A DNA stretch of 64,000 nucleotides from positions 18,848,001 through 18,912,000 of the forward strand of contig OZ024760.1 of NCBI GenBank assembly GCA_964016885.1, given 5' to 3'. Source of the DNA: Eledone cirrhosa (lineage: Eukaryota). A model generated the notes under the pieces. The model did not search any database. It worked only from the letters and a program-made list of their open reading frames with translations, and was not told where the DNA came from. Positions 1-20,984 of the stretch are shown piece after piece (positions within the stretch are counted from its first letter, which is position 1; every line of letters starts with the position of its first letter). Both the position numbers and the translations under genes were made by a program.

Positions 1-88
1 GGTTAGTCCCTTAGAGGATTAACAACAGACACTGAAACTGCGCATATCAATGGATTAACACTTCTTGTTTATATATATATATATATAC

Positions 89-125
<37 letters not shown>

Positions 126-181
126 AAGAATAAGGAAAGAAAAAAGAGGAAAAACCACCTAGAATGAAGATTTATAGTTTG

Positions 182-8260
<8,079 letters not shown>

Positions 8261-8408
8261 TTATATTACACTATACATGAATGTATGTATAGTATATTTG
8301 ATAATATACTGTATGTTTAATTAAAAACATTTTGAAGACCATTCGCTATGAATTTTAAAGTAGTGACTATGTCACTTATATACATATGTACATGTATATA
8401 TATACGTG

Positions 8409-8445
<37 letters not shown>

Positions 8446-8463
8446 GTGTATATACATATGTGC

Positions 8464-8517
<54 letters not shown>

Positions 8518-10181
8518 TTAATTATACTATTTATGGTTATGTAAATACAAAAACCTTTTGCAGTTATATATATTTTTATATAAACCCTAAATAGTGGTAG
8601 GCAGTAATATATTACTACCTTATTACCAGTAAGTTAAGTAGCTTAATGCAAAAACATCAGATGATTTACAGAGCAGTTATATGAAATATAAGAATCAAAG
8701 AACTGTTCAAAACATTTTCATGCTTACAACTGTTTCCTCCAAACCAATTTATTATTGAATGAACACTTATATGACCTCCTTTTCACCCAAGAGACATACA
8801 GATACATATGCAAATATTGTGGGTCAACAGTCATTACAGTATTTAGAGTGGTAGTACACACTCAGAGATTACATTCATATTAAGATACAATCAAAAATAT
8901 AGGTTAAAATACAACATGAAAATATACGTGTGGCAAGCACGTGCGTCTTGTTTATATAGTGTGGCAGAGAGTTACGTAAAGTAGAAGAACTTAAGTAGGT
9001 AAACAAGAGTGTTAGGTTGGTTGATCTGGTGGAAAATTCTTTATATGATTGTTATAGTCTGTGTATAGAGAAATAATATAAGCATTAAAAATAGTGCAAG
9101 CATTAAGAATATTAAAAATATTGGAAATGCACAGTGAAGGGATGATATGGATTTCATGTACTTCGACATTATCATAGTCTGGGGAGTTTATTTTTCAGAT
9201 TATATGCCCCTCACATAATCCACGACAATTCGATATTGAGCGTTTGACAATCCAGTTAGAGAATCCTAGTCTGATGTTCATTAGTTCAATACAGAAGGAT
9301 GTTACGTTTCGAGAATCGACATTGAAATACTACCCGGAAGTGTGTGTGGCTAAGGGGAGTTAATGCATGAGGGGAGGTAACTCCGAGGTTTCCATTACTA
9401 ATTATTGAAATGTGTCTCAAAATATTGAAATGTGTCTCAAAATAGACCCTAACTTCTATGGTTATGCACAATTTCTAAAAACTTCTAAAGCTTAAAGTGT
9501 TTTAACTATAGAGTAATCTATTAAGTTGTGCTGAAGGTGTTCATATTATTAAGGTGAATTAACCCCCCTCGTAGGGTGCCACAAATGAATATTATAGACG
9601 ACGAGCGAGGGTTCTAAATTAATGATCTCTGTGGTTGTAGTCTACTCAAAGGACCAGGCGCGGTGATTGCAGAATCACTTCAACACACAAAGATCTCTGG
9701 TAAGTTCTGGATCATCGCTTGCTATATTGGATGTCGAAAGATGATCATCACCAGGGCCGACCAGAGGTCAATCCGCAGTCCTCATGACCCCACTCTGACC
9801 ATCAAATCATCCATACATGTACAACCCGCACGCCAGTTGCAATACATTCATTCCCTGCACTCAGCGTACCGGTCATACTGCTCAACAGCGTTACTAGAAT
9901 AATTCGTTTTACATCTGTCCAATGAAGGCACCTCCCCCGCACAACACCAACAGGACGATCAATTCATGCTTAAATAACCTATAGAGCGGTGTAGTGCAGT
10001 TCAAGTGGGTGGATGTTGTCACACCTAATGTAGAGGTACAGATGGGTATTCGCCCTGCGAAGGTTTCTAGAGGGATGACGCTGTTTGTGTTATATTAGAT
10101 CAGTTAGTGTTGGGTATGTGGTATAAGGTGTGCCCTTGGTGTTTGATGCTAGAGGTGGTGTTTGGTTCAAGTCCGACATTG

Positions 10182-10985
10182 CTATATATTGGGCTTAAAG
10201 TTTTGGAAGGAATGTCTGAAGCGGTGCTGGCAAGTTGCAAACACTTCAGATTTTTTGTTAAGTAGGTTACGGTTAGAGAAGATAATATTGTGGGTCTCTA
10301 GTATACAGAGGTTACAAAATTTATTAGGTGGTTTGTACGAAGTCGCGCTACCTATCACTTCCCATTTGAGTGTGTAAGGTTTATTTTTAGTTTTTAGATA
10401 GTGTATGTAGCTAGATAGTGAGGTGGAGTTGGCTAGACTGTGCTTTTTGAACGAGTGGATGTGCGAATTATATCTGATTTTGAAGCAGTTAGAAGTGGAG
10501 CCTACATAGGTTTCTGAAGAGTTGCTAGTTGTGACGGTGCATGAGTATATGATATCCTTGGTTAGGCATTTTTTATCTAAAGGGCAGGTTCTATTGGCTC
10601 TACAGTTACAATTATCCTGTGTGTTAGTCCGCTGGTTATAATGCAGTGCAGAAGTCTGGGTGGTAGCTATAGGATTTGGGACATTCGGGTTGTCGACCCC
10701 GTTGTTATTTCTATTGTTACTGCCGTTACTATGGTCGCTTGCTATAGAGGTATTTAGAAGGTTTACATTCTGTTGTGATTTCGTTTGTTGGAAGTAAGAA
10801 TTAATTTTACTTTTATTGCTGCTAGCTATGTGGTATGCTAAGTTAGGCGTCGTAGAGTATGAGATTTTAATGGTGTTTTTGTTTAAAAGGTTGTGTTACT
10901 TGTGTCCGAGAGGGAAGTTTTTATCTAGTAGTGAGAAGAAGGCCCTAGGTATGTTGGTGGAGACATTTAGGTTGAAAGGAGGGTA
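10182..10985 (-). pseudogene. Penelope ORF C-terminal part (RT thumb/linker plus GIY-YIG endonuclease), in-frame stop
   Basis: Manual translation gives PPFNLNVSTNIPRAFFSLLDKNFPLGHK*HNLLNKNTIKISYSTTPNL...CNCRANRTCPLDKKCLTKDIIYSC...TYVGSTSNCFKIRYNSH...CNLCILE...LLNKKSEVFATCQHR, a Penelope GIY-YIG signature. Confidence 0.85.
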
Positions 10986-11175
10986 TATAACCGCTTATTT
11001 TCATGTTGTATTTTAACCTATATTTTTGATTGTATCTTTTAATATGAATGTAATCTCTAAGTGTGTACTACCACTCTAAATGCTGTAATGACTGTTGACC
11101 CACAATATTTGCATATGTATCTGTATGTCTCTTGGGTGAAAAGGAGGTCATATAAGTGTTCATTCAATAATAAAT

Positions 11176-11222
11176 TGCTCCGAAGAATCCAAACCTCGGT
11201 TTGGAGGAAACAGTTGTAAGCA
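11176..11222 (+). ncRNA. Type I hammerhead ribozyme, variant core (CCGAAGA), in inverted pLTR
   Basis: tgct-CCGAAGA-a tccaaac ctcg gtttgga g-GAAA-c agtt g-TA-agca. Confidence 0.55.
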
Positions 11223-12238
11223 TGAAAATGTTTTGAACAGTTCTTTGATTCTTATATTTCATATATATATATATATGTATTTATATAAAGAAATTGCAGA
11301 ACAAGAGGCAACTGTTCTCTTACATCTAGTTTATTACAATCCTCTAGTTATATCTATTAATATACAGAGATATACACAAATGTTCACTTAAAACAAAGAT
11401 ATATGTATATATATATATGTATATAATATATGTAAGTATACATATCTGTATGTATATATATATATATGTATGTATATATATATGCGTGTGGGTAATATAT
11501 ATACACATTTAAATGTATATATATCTCTCTCACTATGCATGTATATATGTATGTATATATTTATATATATGTACATATACAAGTATATATATAGATATAT
11601 ATATATGTGTGTGTTTGTATATATATATTTACACACGTACACTCACACATATGTACGACGTATACATATATATATAAATATATATATATATTTATATATA
11701 TATATATACCCACTCATAAATATACATCCTTAGGGATGTACATGTTGTACATGTTTTGGCATGCATGTTACTTTCGCTGCTTCCGTATTATGATTAAGTC
11801 TGTATTGTAAATATCGATTATTTTTTTCTTTTTGAAGTTCTTCATTCTCATTTAAAATTATTTTACGATATACAATACACCTGATATGAGTCTTGTTTTT
11901 CTTAATTCCCTTGCCAGACAACAATAATCCTCGGCCAAAAGAAAGAATAAAAAAAAAAAACACATTTGCTTCATTGTTGTTTTAATGTTGAAGAAAGACG
12001 CCCAGGAATATATTTTTTCCGTTATACTTTTGGAACATGTCTTTTACCAATATATATTTGTATGGAATAAGTCTTTTCCAATAGATATATTTATGGAGTA
12101 TGTCTTTTTCCAATAGATATATTTGTGGAATATTTTTTTCCAACATATATATGTGTGGAATATGATGTTTTTCCAATAGATAAATGTATGTTTTTTCTTA
12201 TATTATATTATATTATTGCGTTATTACGCTACCATGCC

Positions 12239-13471
12239 TCATTCCAATTCAGTGACAACTGGTTTTGGTTCGTTGACGTAAGCATCTTCAGTTTGCGTCT
12301 CTCCGTTGACAAAATATTCTTGAACTTTGGTCTCAGAAGGGCAATGGTTTATAGTTTGTAGTTCTTGATGTTCCACATCCGTTGTCTGCGAGTAACCTTC
12401 ACGTCCTTTCGGATAAATGATATTTTCTGCACGCAGGGAACGGTTAACCTCGAAGCGCGAAGCGCATTTGAAGGCCTTTCTAAAACTTTTACGGAAATTA
12501 TCACTGAGGAAGTTATATAGTAAAGGATTTAGCATGCTGTTTGCGTATGTGAGAATGTTGAATGTTTGAAACATTAAAATGTGTTTTTCGGTAGCGTTTC
12601 GTCTAAAACTTATCATATCAAGCTGAAAAACCCAATAGGGCAACCAACAAAAAATATACACGCCAATTATAGTCAACACCATACGAGTGACACGTTTTTG
12701 TGACTTTGCTTTCTCAGAAGACTTTTTCACTAGGCCTGAATTCCGCAACCTGTGGACCACTGAGATGTAAAAGAGAGATATTAAAGTTACAGGGACAGCG
12801 TAGGCGAATATAAAGTTGTACCAGATGAATATAGTATCAGATGCGAATCCTAGGTTTTCTGGCATCAACATAACACAGCTCTCTTTGTTTCTTCTGAGAA
12901 TTATTGTAGAATATATAAGAGCAGGTAACATCACAAGGATGGAAATTGCCCAAATGCATATGGTTATAATAAATGCTACCTTTGGTGTTCTAAGCGACAT
13001 GGATTTTATCGGATGGCAAACGGCAAAATACCGATCAGCACTCATAACTAACAACGTATAAACACCCGTAAAATAATTGATAGACACTAAAAGAAAATAG
13101 AATTTACACATAAAGAATCCAAACACCCAATATCCCATCTTCATTGTAACATTTAGTAAAGGTATACTAACTAGAAAGAGGACATCTGCAATTGCAAGAT
13201 TCACGATATACGTGTTGGTAACCGTCTTCATTTTTGAAAACCTTGTTACAACATAAATCACCAAGCAATTGCCAAACAGTCCCGTGATGCAGATGAGAGA
13301 GTTTGTGATTATCACAGTCGTATGTACAATCTCCATAAATACATTTCTTTGTGGTACAGTTGCGTTTGCATGGAAGTTATTGAAGTCGAAGTTTGTGTCA
13401 TTTTCATTGTAATATTCACTGAACAGACTTTGTTCTGTAACAAGAGCTGTCTCATTGAATAGTGATTCCAT
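12239..13471 (-). CDS. AstC-R: Allatostatin-C / somatostatin-type neuropeptide receptor (class A GPCR), 410 aa, uninterrupted CDS
   Basis: Seven hydrophobic segments with class A motifs GLFGN (TM1), NLAIAD (TM2), SADRY (TM3), CWLPYW (TM6), NSMLNPLLY (TM7). VVTRFSKMKTVTNTYIVNLAIAD and LSDNFRKSF are typical of AstC/somatostatin receptors. N-terminal NxT sequons are present. Confidence 0.9.
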   Translation of the reverse strand: MESLFNETALVTEQSLFSEYYNENDTNFDFNNFHANATVPQRNVFMEIVHTTVIITNSLICITGLFGNCLVIYVVTRFSKMKTVTNTYIVNLAIADVLFLVSIPLLNVTMKMGYWVFGFFMCKFYFLLVSINYFTGVYTLLVMSADRYFAVCHPIKSMSLRTPKVAFIITICIWAISILVMLPALIYSTIILRRNKESCVMLMPENLGFASDTIFIWYNFIFAYAVPVTLISLFYISVVHRLRNSGLVKKSSEKAKSQKRVTRMVLTIIGVYIFCWLPYWVFQLDMISFRRNATEKHILMFQTFNILTYANSMLNPLLYNFLSDNFRKSFRKAFKCASRFEVNRSLRAENIIYPKGREGYSQTTDVEHQELQTINHCPSETKVQEYFVNGETQTEDAYVNEPKPVVTELE

Positions 13472-13482
13472 ATTGATGATAC

Positions 13483-13500
13483 CTACCAGACAGAGAAATA
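13483..13500 (-). promoter_or_regulatory. Putative 3' splice acceptor of a 5'-UTR intron of the GPCR
   Basis: Minus strand reads tatttctctgtctggtAG|gtatcatcaatATG: a pyrimidine tract plus TAG, 11 nt upstream of the start codon. Confidence 0.5.
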
Positions 13501-13502
13501 TG

Positions 13503-14031
13503 TTTAATTCTTTTTAACACCAACCCGCCTGTAATCACCCTGGTTTTGTTCTACAGTACACACCAGCTTGTTTTTAAAGTTTTCTATTAATTTAACCACA
13601 AACCTTCCATCATAACTTTTTGTTTAAAAAAAAAACCTGTTTATTTTAAATTGTTCATATTTAAATATAAATCTTTAACCAATTTCTTTTGTAAGAAACC
13701 TTTGTTGAGTTACATTCCAAACATCCAGATTATAATTAAGAAAGATAGTTACTTTACGAAATCACTCTAATTCTTTGATTATTTTCAAAGTTATTCCATC
13801 ATAACGTTTTACTTAAGAATATCTGTTTATATTAAATTGTTCATACTTAAATATAAAACTTTAATAAAAGTTTTTTTTTGTAAGAAACCTTAAGTTACGT
13901 TCCAAACGCTAGATTATTAATAAGAAAGATAATTCTTTTACTAAACCCCTCAAATTTCTTGGTTACTTTCAAAGTTATTTTGAAATAACAAATAGCGTCT
14001 TGCATTAGAAAATAAATAATGAAAAGGTGAA
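13503..14031. repeat. Degenerate MITE-like repeat with an internal ~187 bp tandem duplication
   Basis: 13635-13800 is similar to 13822-13982. Ends resemble degenerate ttaaccctt/aagggttaa termini. Confidence 0.4.
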
Positions 14032-14267
14032 CAAAATCTAACTAAACTAAACGAAAAAGAATAAAGCAAACAGAGAAAACTATTCAAAAGGGCAAATTTA
14101 AAATGTTTTAAATTGTTGTCACGTAATAGATGATTTAATTTTAATTAATTGTATCTCACATCATCTTATATAAAATTCCCCTTCCTCTTATTCGCTGCTA
14201 ACATTTTACATGATGACATTACACCTTCTCGTCGATGTTGGCCTGACCCGGCAAAATATTGGTATTT

Positions 14268-14328
<61 letters not shown>

Positions 14329-14427
14329 CGTTAAGTATTTTCGAAGAAAAAGCAAAGAAAAAAGAGGGCTCTATGTATAAAACAGAGCTATTTAATTAGA
14401 AAGGGAACAACACAATATATAACTAAT

Positions 14428-14491
14428 CCATTACCAAAGGTTTCAGGACCCTAGACTATAGTAACATACATCTAGTTCGTACATCAGATAG
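14428..14491 (-). ncRNA. Degenerate type I hammerhead (core CUGAUGU)
   Basis: Minus strand: ctat-CTGATGT-(ctaga...tctag stem)-GAAA-cc ttt gg-TA-atgg. Confidence 0.35.
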
Positions 14492-15284
14492 AGAGGTTAT
14501 GAATATTATAACCTTTTATTTTCTGTATCTATCCTTTGTGATCCTGTCTCTCTTTTTGTACTCCTGAAGTGAAGAAAGACAAAAACCCGACACGTCGAAA
14601 TTTCCTTCCCCTTTTCTATATAAAGCGTGAAACTAATACTTCTTATATCTCTGTTTTGTCGTTTCCTTGACCTATATACACATGTGTATGTATATATGTA
14701 TGCGTGTATGTATGTATATATATGTATGTATATGTATGTATATATGTATGTATACTTTATTAAGGTTAAGTTTGAGTCTGGTTATTCTGGAGTTTCTCCT
14801 GTGTACTCAGAAGATCATCAGACGCGAAAAATTGAATATCTACTATGGCATTGAGTTCTCATTCTTGCGACCGTCGGTACTAAATGTATATATACGTTTG
14901 TATACATATAATATATATGATATAATATATATATATATGTATATTATAAGGTTTAGGCTATTCTTCGGGTGTTAGCACATTTTTCGTTCCTGAGTTCTTC
15001 GTATTGATGAGAGGAAGAAGCGTAGCGCTCTGGAGTTGCGTCCCAGCAATCTTAAAAACAGAAAGAATAAAGAATAAATGAATATGATAAGCTTCAATAA
15101 AAGTGATATATATACATATAATTATATATATATATATATATATATACATATACTTATATATATATATATATATATATATAATCTGTCCTATGCCATCTTG
15201 TTTTTGTGTGTTTTTGTGACACAAAAACAAGATGGCGTAGGACCTAACAAAGGAGAGGCACAAAAACTAAGAAAAGAATCCCCA

Positions 15285-15327
15285 GTCACTGAAGAGGTCA
15301 CAGAATGTGTGACGAAAGAACTTTGAC
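15285..15327 (+). ncRNA. Minimal type I hammerhead ribozyme (imperfect stem III)
   Basis: gtca-CTGAAGA-g gtcaca gaatg tgtgac-GAAA-gaacTT-tgac, preceded by a hairpin at 15185-15243. Confidence 0.5.
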
Positions 15328-15856
15328 AATATATGAACAATCGTCTGGTTGTGGAACCAACCAACCAACCGGAAATTTATAAATTCTTAAATTTATAAAT
15401 GTAATTTATAATAAATTGAAGTGAAAGCAACTGGTGCGTGTGTTTCTTATTGGCAACATGACCCTCCCAAAGCATAATAATATCGGTTTCAACACACGTT
15501 TTCAGATAAAGAATCTTGCTAAACAAATTCAGAAACGAAATATATATATACATATATATATATATGCATACATATAGTTATATTAATATATATATATATA
15601 TGCATACATATACTTATATTAATATATATATATATATATATGCATACATATACTAATATTAATATATATATATATGCATACATATACTTATATTAATATA
15701 TATATATATGCATACATATACTTATATTAATATATATATATATATGCATACATATACTTATATTAATATATATATATGCATACATATACTTATATTAATA
15801 TATATATATATATGCATACATATACTTATATTAATATATATATATATATATATATG

Positions 15857-15908
<52 letters not shown>

Positions 15909-15986
15909 TACATATACTTATATTAATATATATATATACATACATACATATACTTATATATATATATATATATATGCATACATATA

Positions 15987-16022
<36 letters not shown>

Positions 16023-16656
16023 CATACATATACTTATATATATATATATATATATATATACATACATACATATACTTATATATATATATATATACATACA
16101 TACATATACTTATATATATATATATATAATTTTAATAACGTCAATATATTTTAAATAGTTCATAAATTATTCACCCCCCCACCCCCGAATAAAATGAACA
16201 TATTAATTAATTAATAAAAACGCTATGCTATCTACATAACCAACACCAGCGCCCCCTTCCCTCAAACCATCCATATATATCAACAATGGCGAAGCTACTT
16301 AAACCAGTCTTCTATATGTCAATGATCAGAACAGCCAGAATATAGCTTGCAAACATTCGTATATAAATATACATTACTTTATAAATAACAATCAAAGAGT
16401 GTTTAATGACATTTAATTCCAAACGATCGTTTCATCCAAGCACTAGGCCGACTGGTTCGGAGTATAAATCAAAAGTTAGAACATAAATAATTGTATATAG
16501 ATATACACGAAACTTCCACATATGATAGAAAGACAAAGAAACATGAAAATCTGAAGGAAGTAGAAAATTGCATACAAATGTCAGTTGACTTTTAGAAGGG
16601 GAGGTAAGGCGGGTGGCTTAATGAGTCAATATTGTTTGAATGAATCATAAAGAGGA

Positions 16657-16776
16657 AAAATAAAATAGATATCAAATTTCAAAATAAAATAGATATCAAA
16701 TTTCAAAATAAAATAGATATAAAATTTCAAAATAAAATAGATATAAAATTTCAAAATAAAATAGATATAAAATTTA
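16657..16776. repeat. 24 bp tandem repeat x5
   Basis: aaaataaaatagatat(c/a)aaatttc repeated. Confidence 0.85.
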
Positions 16777-17059
16777 AAATTGCGTAGTGCAAATGTGAAA
16801 TTGGTGAAATATTTTATATTTTATAAAGAATATTAAATAGAAAAAAATATAATAAAATATGATAACATACATACAAACAAACAGACAGACAAACAGACAA
16901 ACAGACAAACAAATAAACAACCTCTCGGTTTAAGTCAACGTTTCTTTAAGATATATATTGTATTGAAGTATAAGAGAAGTTAGATGATGAATAAGAAGGA
17001 ATTGAATAGAAAATATTTGTAGCGAATTGTTAGAACAACATAAGCACACACACACACAT

Positions 17060-17132
<73 letters not shown>

Positions 17133-17516
17133 GAGAGTGATTCACACATGCACAAACACACACACAAACATAAATACATACACAAACAGAGAGAGAGAGA
17201 GAGAGTGACTTACACAAACACACACAAACAGATAGAAAGAGAGAGATACTCTTTCTTACACACAAACACACACACACCGAAACACACACCTAAACACATA
17301 TATAAAGTAGGGTTTTGGTATGTTATACACACACATAAGCACTCAAATACACACACATTCACACACGCATACACAAACTTACACATATATATATATATGT
17401 CAGTTTCATAATCAAAATTAATATATATATATAGTTATTTATATATATATGTGTGTGTATCCCGGGTTCAATCGGGGGTAACCGCAGTAAGTAAGGTACT
17501 CAATACATAGCAGAGT

Positions 17517-17557
<41 letters not shown>

Positions 17558-17874
17558 TCCTCAATTTAAGAATGACATGTAGTATGGAATTTCATACTAT
17601 AAACCTCAATTGAATATATATCTGACCAGGAATGCTTTTTGTGAAGATCAGTCATATGGAACTATTGTCATCTTGCCTGACGGTTTGAACTTTACAACAC
17701 CACCTGCCTCTTTGAGGTCAAATACCAACCCTACTAGCATCTACAAACTGACCAATGAGAATTTAGACTATTCCTGCTGGCAACATTAAATTATTCCTAA
17801 CAAGCTCATATGTCCCAAGGCTCTGATACCATCAACACCATAAACACAGAGTTGGCATATCTAAGAACTGACTA

Positions 17875-17930
17875 ACTGCCTGATGAGGTCATAGACATTC
17901 AATGGCTATCATTGAAATATATATAGCAGT
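17875..17930 (+). ncRNA. Type I hammerhead ribozyme
   Basis: actgc-CTGATGA-stem II-GAAA-tatatATA-gcagt. Same family as 31682-31736. Confidence 0.7.
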
Positions 17931-18039
17931 AAATAAACGATTATGAGTTCATGCAATTGACTCATGTTTCGTCACTATATATCTATACCCAGGGGTGTGA
18001 AACGTGAAGTTACTTCAGTTTCACCCAGGTGAGCACACA

Positions 18040-18102
<63 letters not shown>

Positions 18103-18120
18103 ATATATATATATATTATA

Positions 18121-18161
<41 letters not shown>

Positions 18162-18170
18162 TATATATAT

Positions 18171-18206
<36 letters not shown>

Positions 18207-18317
18207 ATATATATATATATATATATTATATATATTATATATATATATATATACACGATATTAACAAATGGAAACTATATTTATAAAACCATATTTATTT
18301 CATTATACATATTTCAA

Positions 18318-18503
18318 AGGGCGGTGGATTGGCCGTATCGGTAGAGTGTCGGACGCCATGCTTTCCAACATAGTTACGTCCCTTTACGATCTGAGTTCAA
18401 ATCCCGCCGAGGTTGACTTTGCCTTTCATCCTTACGGGGTCGATAAAATAAAGTACCAGTAATGCACTGGGTAATTGCTGGCCTTGTGCCTAAAGTAGAA
18501 ACA
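18318..18503 (+). mobile_element. tRNA-derived SINE with 16 bp TSD
   Basis: A-box-like tggccgtatcgg, B-box gagttcaaatcc, central gcctttcatccttacggggtcgataaaataaagtaccag. TSD attatacatatttcaa at 18302-18317 and 18504-18519. Confidence 0.85.
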
Positions 18504-18561
18504 ATTATACATATTTCAAGGACACCAAGTTAAATTATGGTGTGCTTTCATCAGACAAAAT
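18504..18561 (-). ncRNA. Type I hammerhead ribozyme disrupted by a SINE insertion
   Basis: Minus strand: attttgt-CTGATGA-aagc acacca..tggtgt cctt-GAAA-tatgtATA. The 3' strand of stem I (atgaaat) lies beyond the SINE at ~18297-18303. Confidence 0.65.
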
Positions 18562-18626
18562 ATAATATAGATCAGTTTTATAAATAAATATTGACATACC
18601 CTTAAAAAATGCAACCATTACTGTTG

Positions 18627-18661
<35 letters not shown>

Positions 18662-18719
18662 AATGTAAATATTTGATTTGATATATTATATATTTTTTAT
18701 TACATCAACGGTACCTTTT

Positions 18720-18775
18720 CCGAATACACGTGTTTCTCTAGGTGGCTCTAACAGACTGTCAGATCTTCAGTTTAG
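18720..18775 (-). ncRNA. Type I hammerhead ribozyme (weak stem I)
   Basis: Minus strand: ctaaa-CTGAAGA-tct...aga-GAAA-c acgt g-TA-ttcgg, with palindromic stem III ACACGTGT. Confidence 0.5.
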
Positions 18776-19164
18776 CCATCTTAAAATTAATGGTTGTATT
18801 AGTTCAGTTCTTTTTTTTTTTTTTTCAAAAGAATCCCACTCACACATTCTTACGGTCAAGAACATTTTTATTAATATAACATTTATGTCAGCAAAACTAC
18901 AGTGAAGCAAGTTAATGTAATATGTTAGATAATCTAAAAGATACTTGCCTCAAGAGCCAATTATATTTAACTCGTTATTTCAATTCCTCTCTAATTATCT
19001 AAGATACTTAAAATATTCATGTTTCTTCTGTCCGTCTCGAATTCATTCATTTAAAAAAAAGATCCGATTATGCTGTATTTCCTTAAGTCTCGTCGTTAGA
19101 TTTCAGTTAATCGACATCTCTTTTCCTTCATTAGAGATACACTTGAATTTTTAATGTTAAAATA

Positions 19165-19930
19165 ATAATTGTTTCTACTTTTGGCACAAGGCCAGAAATT
19201 ATCCCATTGCATTACTGGTACTTTATTTTATCGACCTCGTAAGGATGAAAGGCAAAGCTAACCCCGGCGTAAAGGGCCATAACTAAATACTGCAAAGCAT
19301 TTTATCCGATGCTCTACCTATTCTGCCACAATAATAGTAATTTGAAGGGAGGAGGGATAGGCGCTTAAATCGACCCAAGTGCGTTACTGGTACTTTATTA
19401 TGAATATCATACGTATGTTATTTTAATATATATATATATATATGCCGTTTTCTGATTTAGGCAAAAGGCCAGAAGAAACAACAACGATAATAATAATAAT
19501 GGTTTCTGATTTAAGCACAAGGTCAGCAATTTGAAGGGGAGGAGAAAGTCGATTAAATCGACCCCAGTGTATTACTGGTACTTTATTTTATCGACCCCGT
19601 AAGGATGAAAGGTAAAGCTAACCTAAGCGGGATTTGAACTCAGAACGTAAACGAGCGTAACTCTATACTGCAAAGCATGATGTCCGACCCTCAACCTATA
19701 CTGCCAATCCAAATGATAATGATTTCTAGTATAGGCGCAAGGCCAGCAATTTTTGGGGAGGGGAAAGTCGATTAAATCGACCCCAGTACGTTACTGGTAC
19801 TTTATTTTGTCGATCCCGTAAGGATGAAAGGCAAAGTTAACCCGGCAGGATTTTAACTCAGATATTAAAGGACCGTAACTCTATACTACAAAGCATAGTG
19901 TCTGAAGTTCTACCGATACTGGCAATCCAA
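19165..19930 (-). mobile_element. Cluster of 3-4 tandem copies of the same SINE family
   Basis: Repeated ttactggtactttattttatcgacccc..aaggatgaaagg..gatttgaactcag at ~19210, 19380 (partial), 19570 and 19790. Confidence 0.85.
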
Positions 19931-20928
19931 ATGATAATAATAATAATAATTACTACCCTGAAAGCCAAATCTACCAGACGTTATCTAATCTGTGTTATTA
20001 TAATAGAAACTCTGTGGGTTTGTATTTATTCGCCTCTTGCTAATTTGTGAGACATTTATCAGGAATTTACACGCAAAGCCGAGGGCATTTCAGAAACAAC
20101 GTACATAATATTATGAAGAATATATTTCCAGTCAAAACAATTATTTATTATCCAAGAATAACATTTTAACGCTGACCAAGCTGTCTGATTAAGAAGTTCG
20201 CTTTGCATCTGCGCAGTTTAGGTTTCAGGCAGAGATTTTAGTAAATTGGACGAAATGAAAGCCTCGTAATTTGTTCCGGATGCTCCACTCTGGCTTTATA
20301 TGTCACCGTTGTCAATCAACATTTTTTCAGCGTCGATAAATAAAGTACACACAGGGAGCGGTGGATTGATAGAATCTTTTACAGTATCTTGTCCAGCTTT
20401 GTCCGCTCTGAGTTAAAATTCTACCTCCTTCTGCCAGAAGTTATGACCGAGAGATAGTATCAGCAATGGAAAGACTAAGGGAAATATTGTTTCCGTGGTC
20501 TGATCTGATGATCAGCTCCTGTCTTCTGACAACAGTTATGACCAACAGATAGTTAGTATTAACAATTGAAAGACCAATAAAAACATGGCTTTCTTCGACT
20601 CCTTTCCCTCCCCTAAGTAATTTAATTTTTAAACTCAGTATTTTCAGTAAATATTTACATATTTACACTTGTTTAATGTCAATAATAATTTTAAACTTTG
20701 CCATTAAAAAACAATATTTCACATAAAGTTCTTTCACATAGAGAGATATATCTACATGTTGAAGGAAATATTCTGTAAAAATCTTTAAAATGTAATGCAA
20801 TAAACAAGTCCCAAAATAATTCCGCAGAATTGATTTAATGTTATTTGCCAAGAGAATTAAAACAAATAAAAATACATTTAAGAATATTATATTTATTGGT
20901 AATTCCAGTTACCATAGTTCAGAAGGAA

Positions 20929-20968
<40 letters not shown>

Positions 20969-20984
20969 GGCGATCACACAATTG

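Larger units (their letters stand above)
8514..11263 (-). mobile_element. 5'-truncated Penelope-like retroelement (Neptune-like GIY-YIG) with inverted pseudo-LTRs and a 3' tail
   Basis: ~245 bp inverted arms at ~8680-8924 and ~10997-11263, an extra ~165 nt tail at 8514-8680, an internal GIY-YIG ORF remnant, and (TA)n on both sides. Confidence 0.85.

Noticed and set aside
14770-14830. Minus-strand CTGATGA-hairpin-GAAA
   Set aside because: No convincing stem III/NUH or stem I.
20495-20580. CTGATGA...GAAA on the plus strand
   Set aside because: No stems. It lies within a small diverged tandem duplication.
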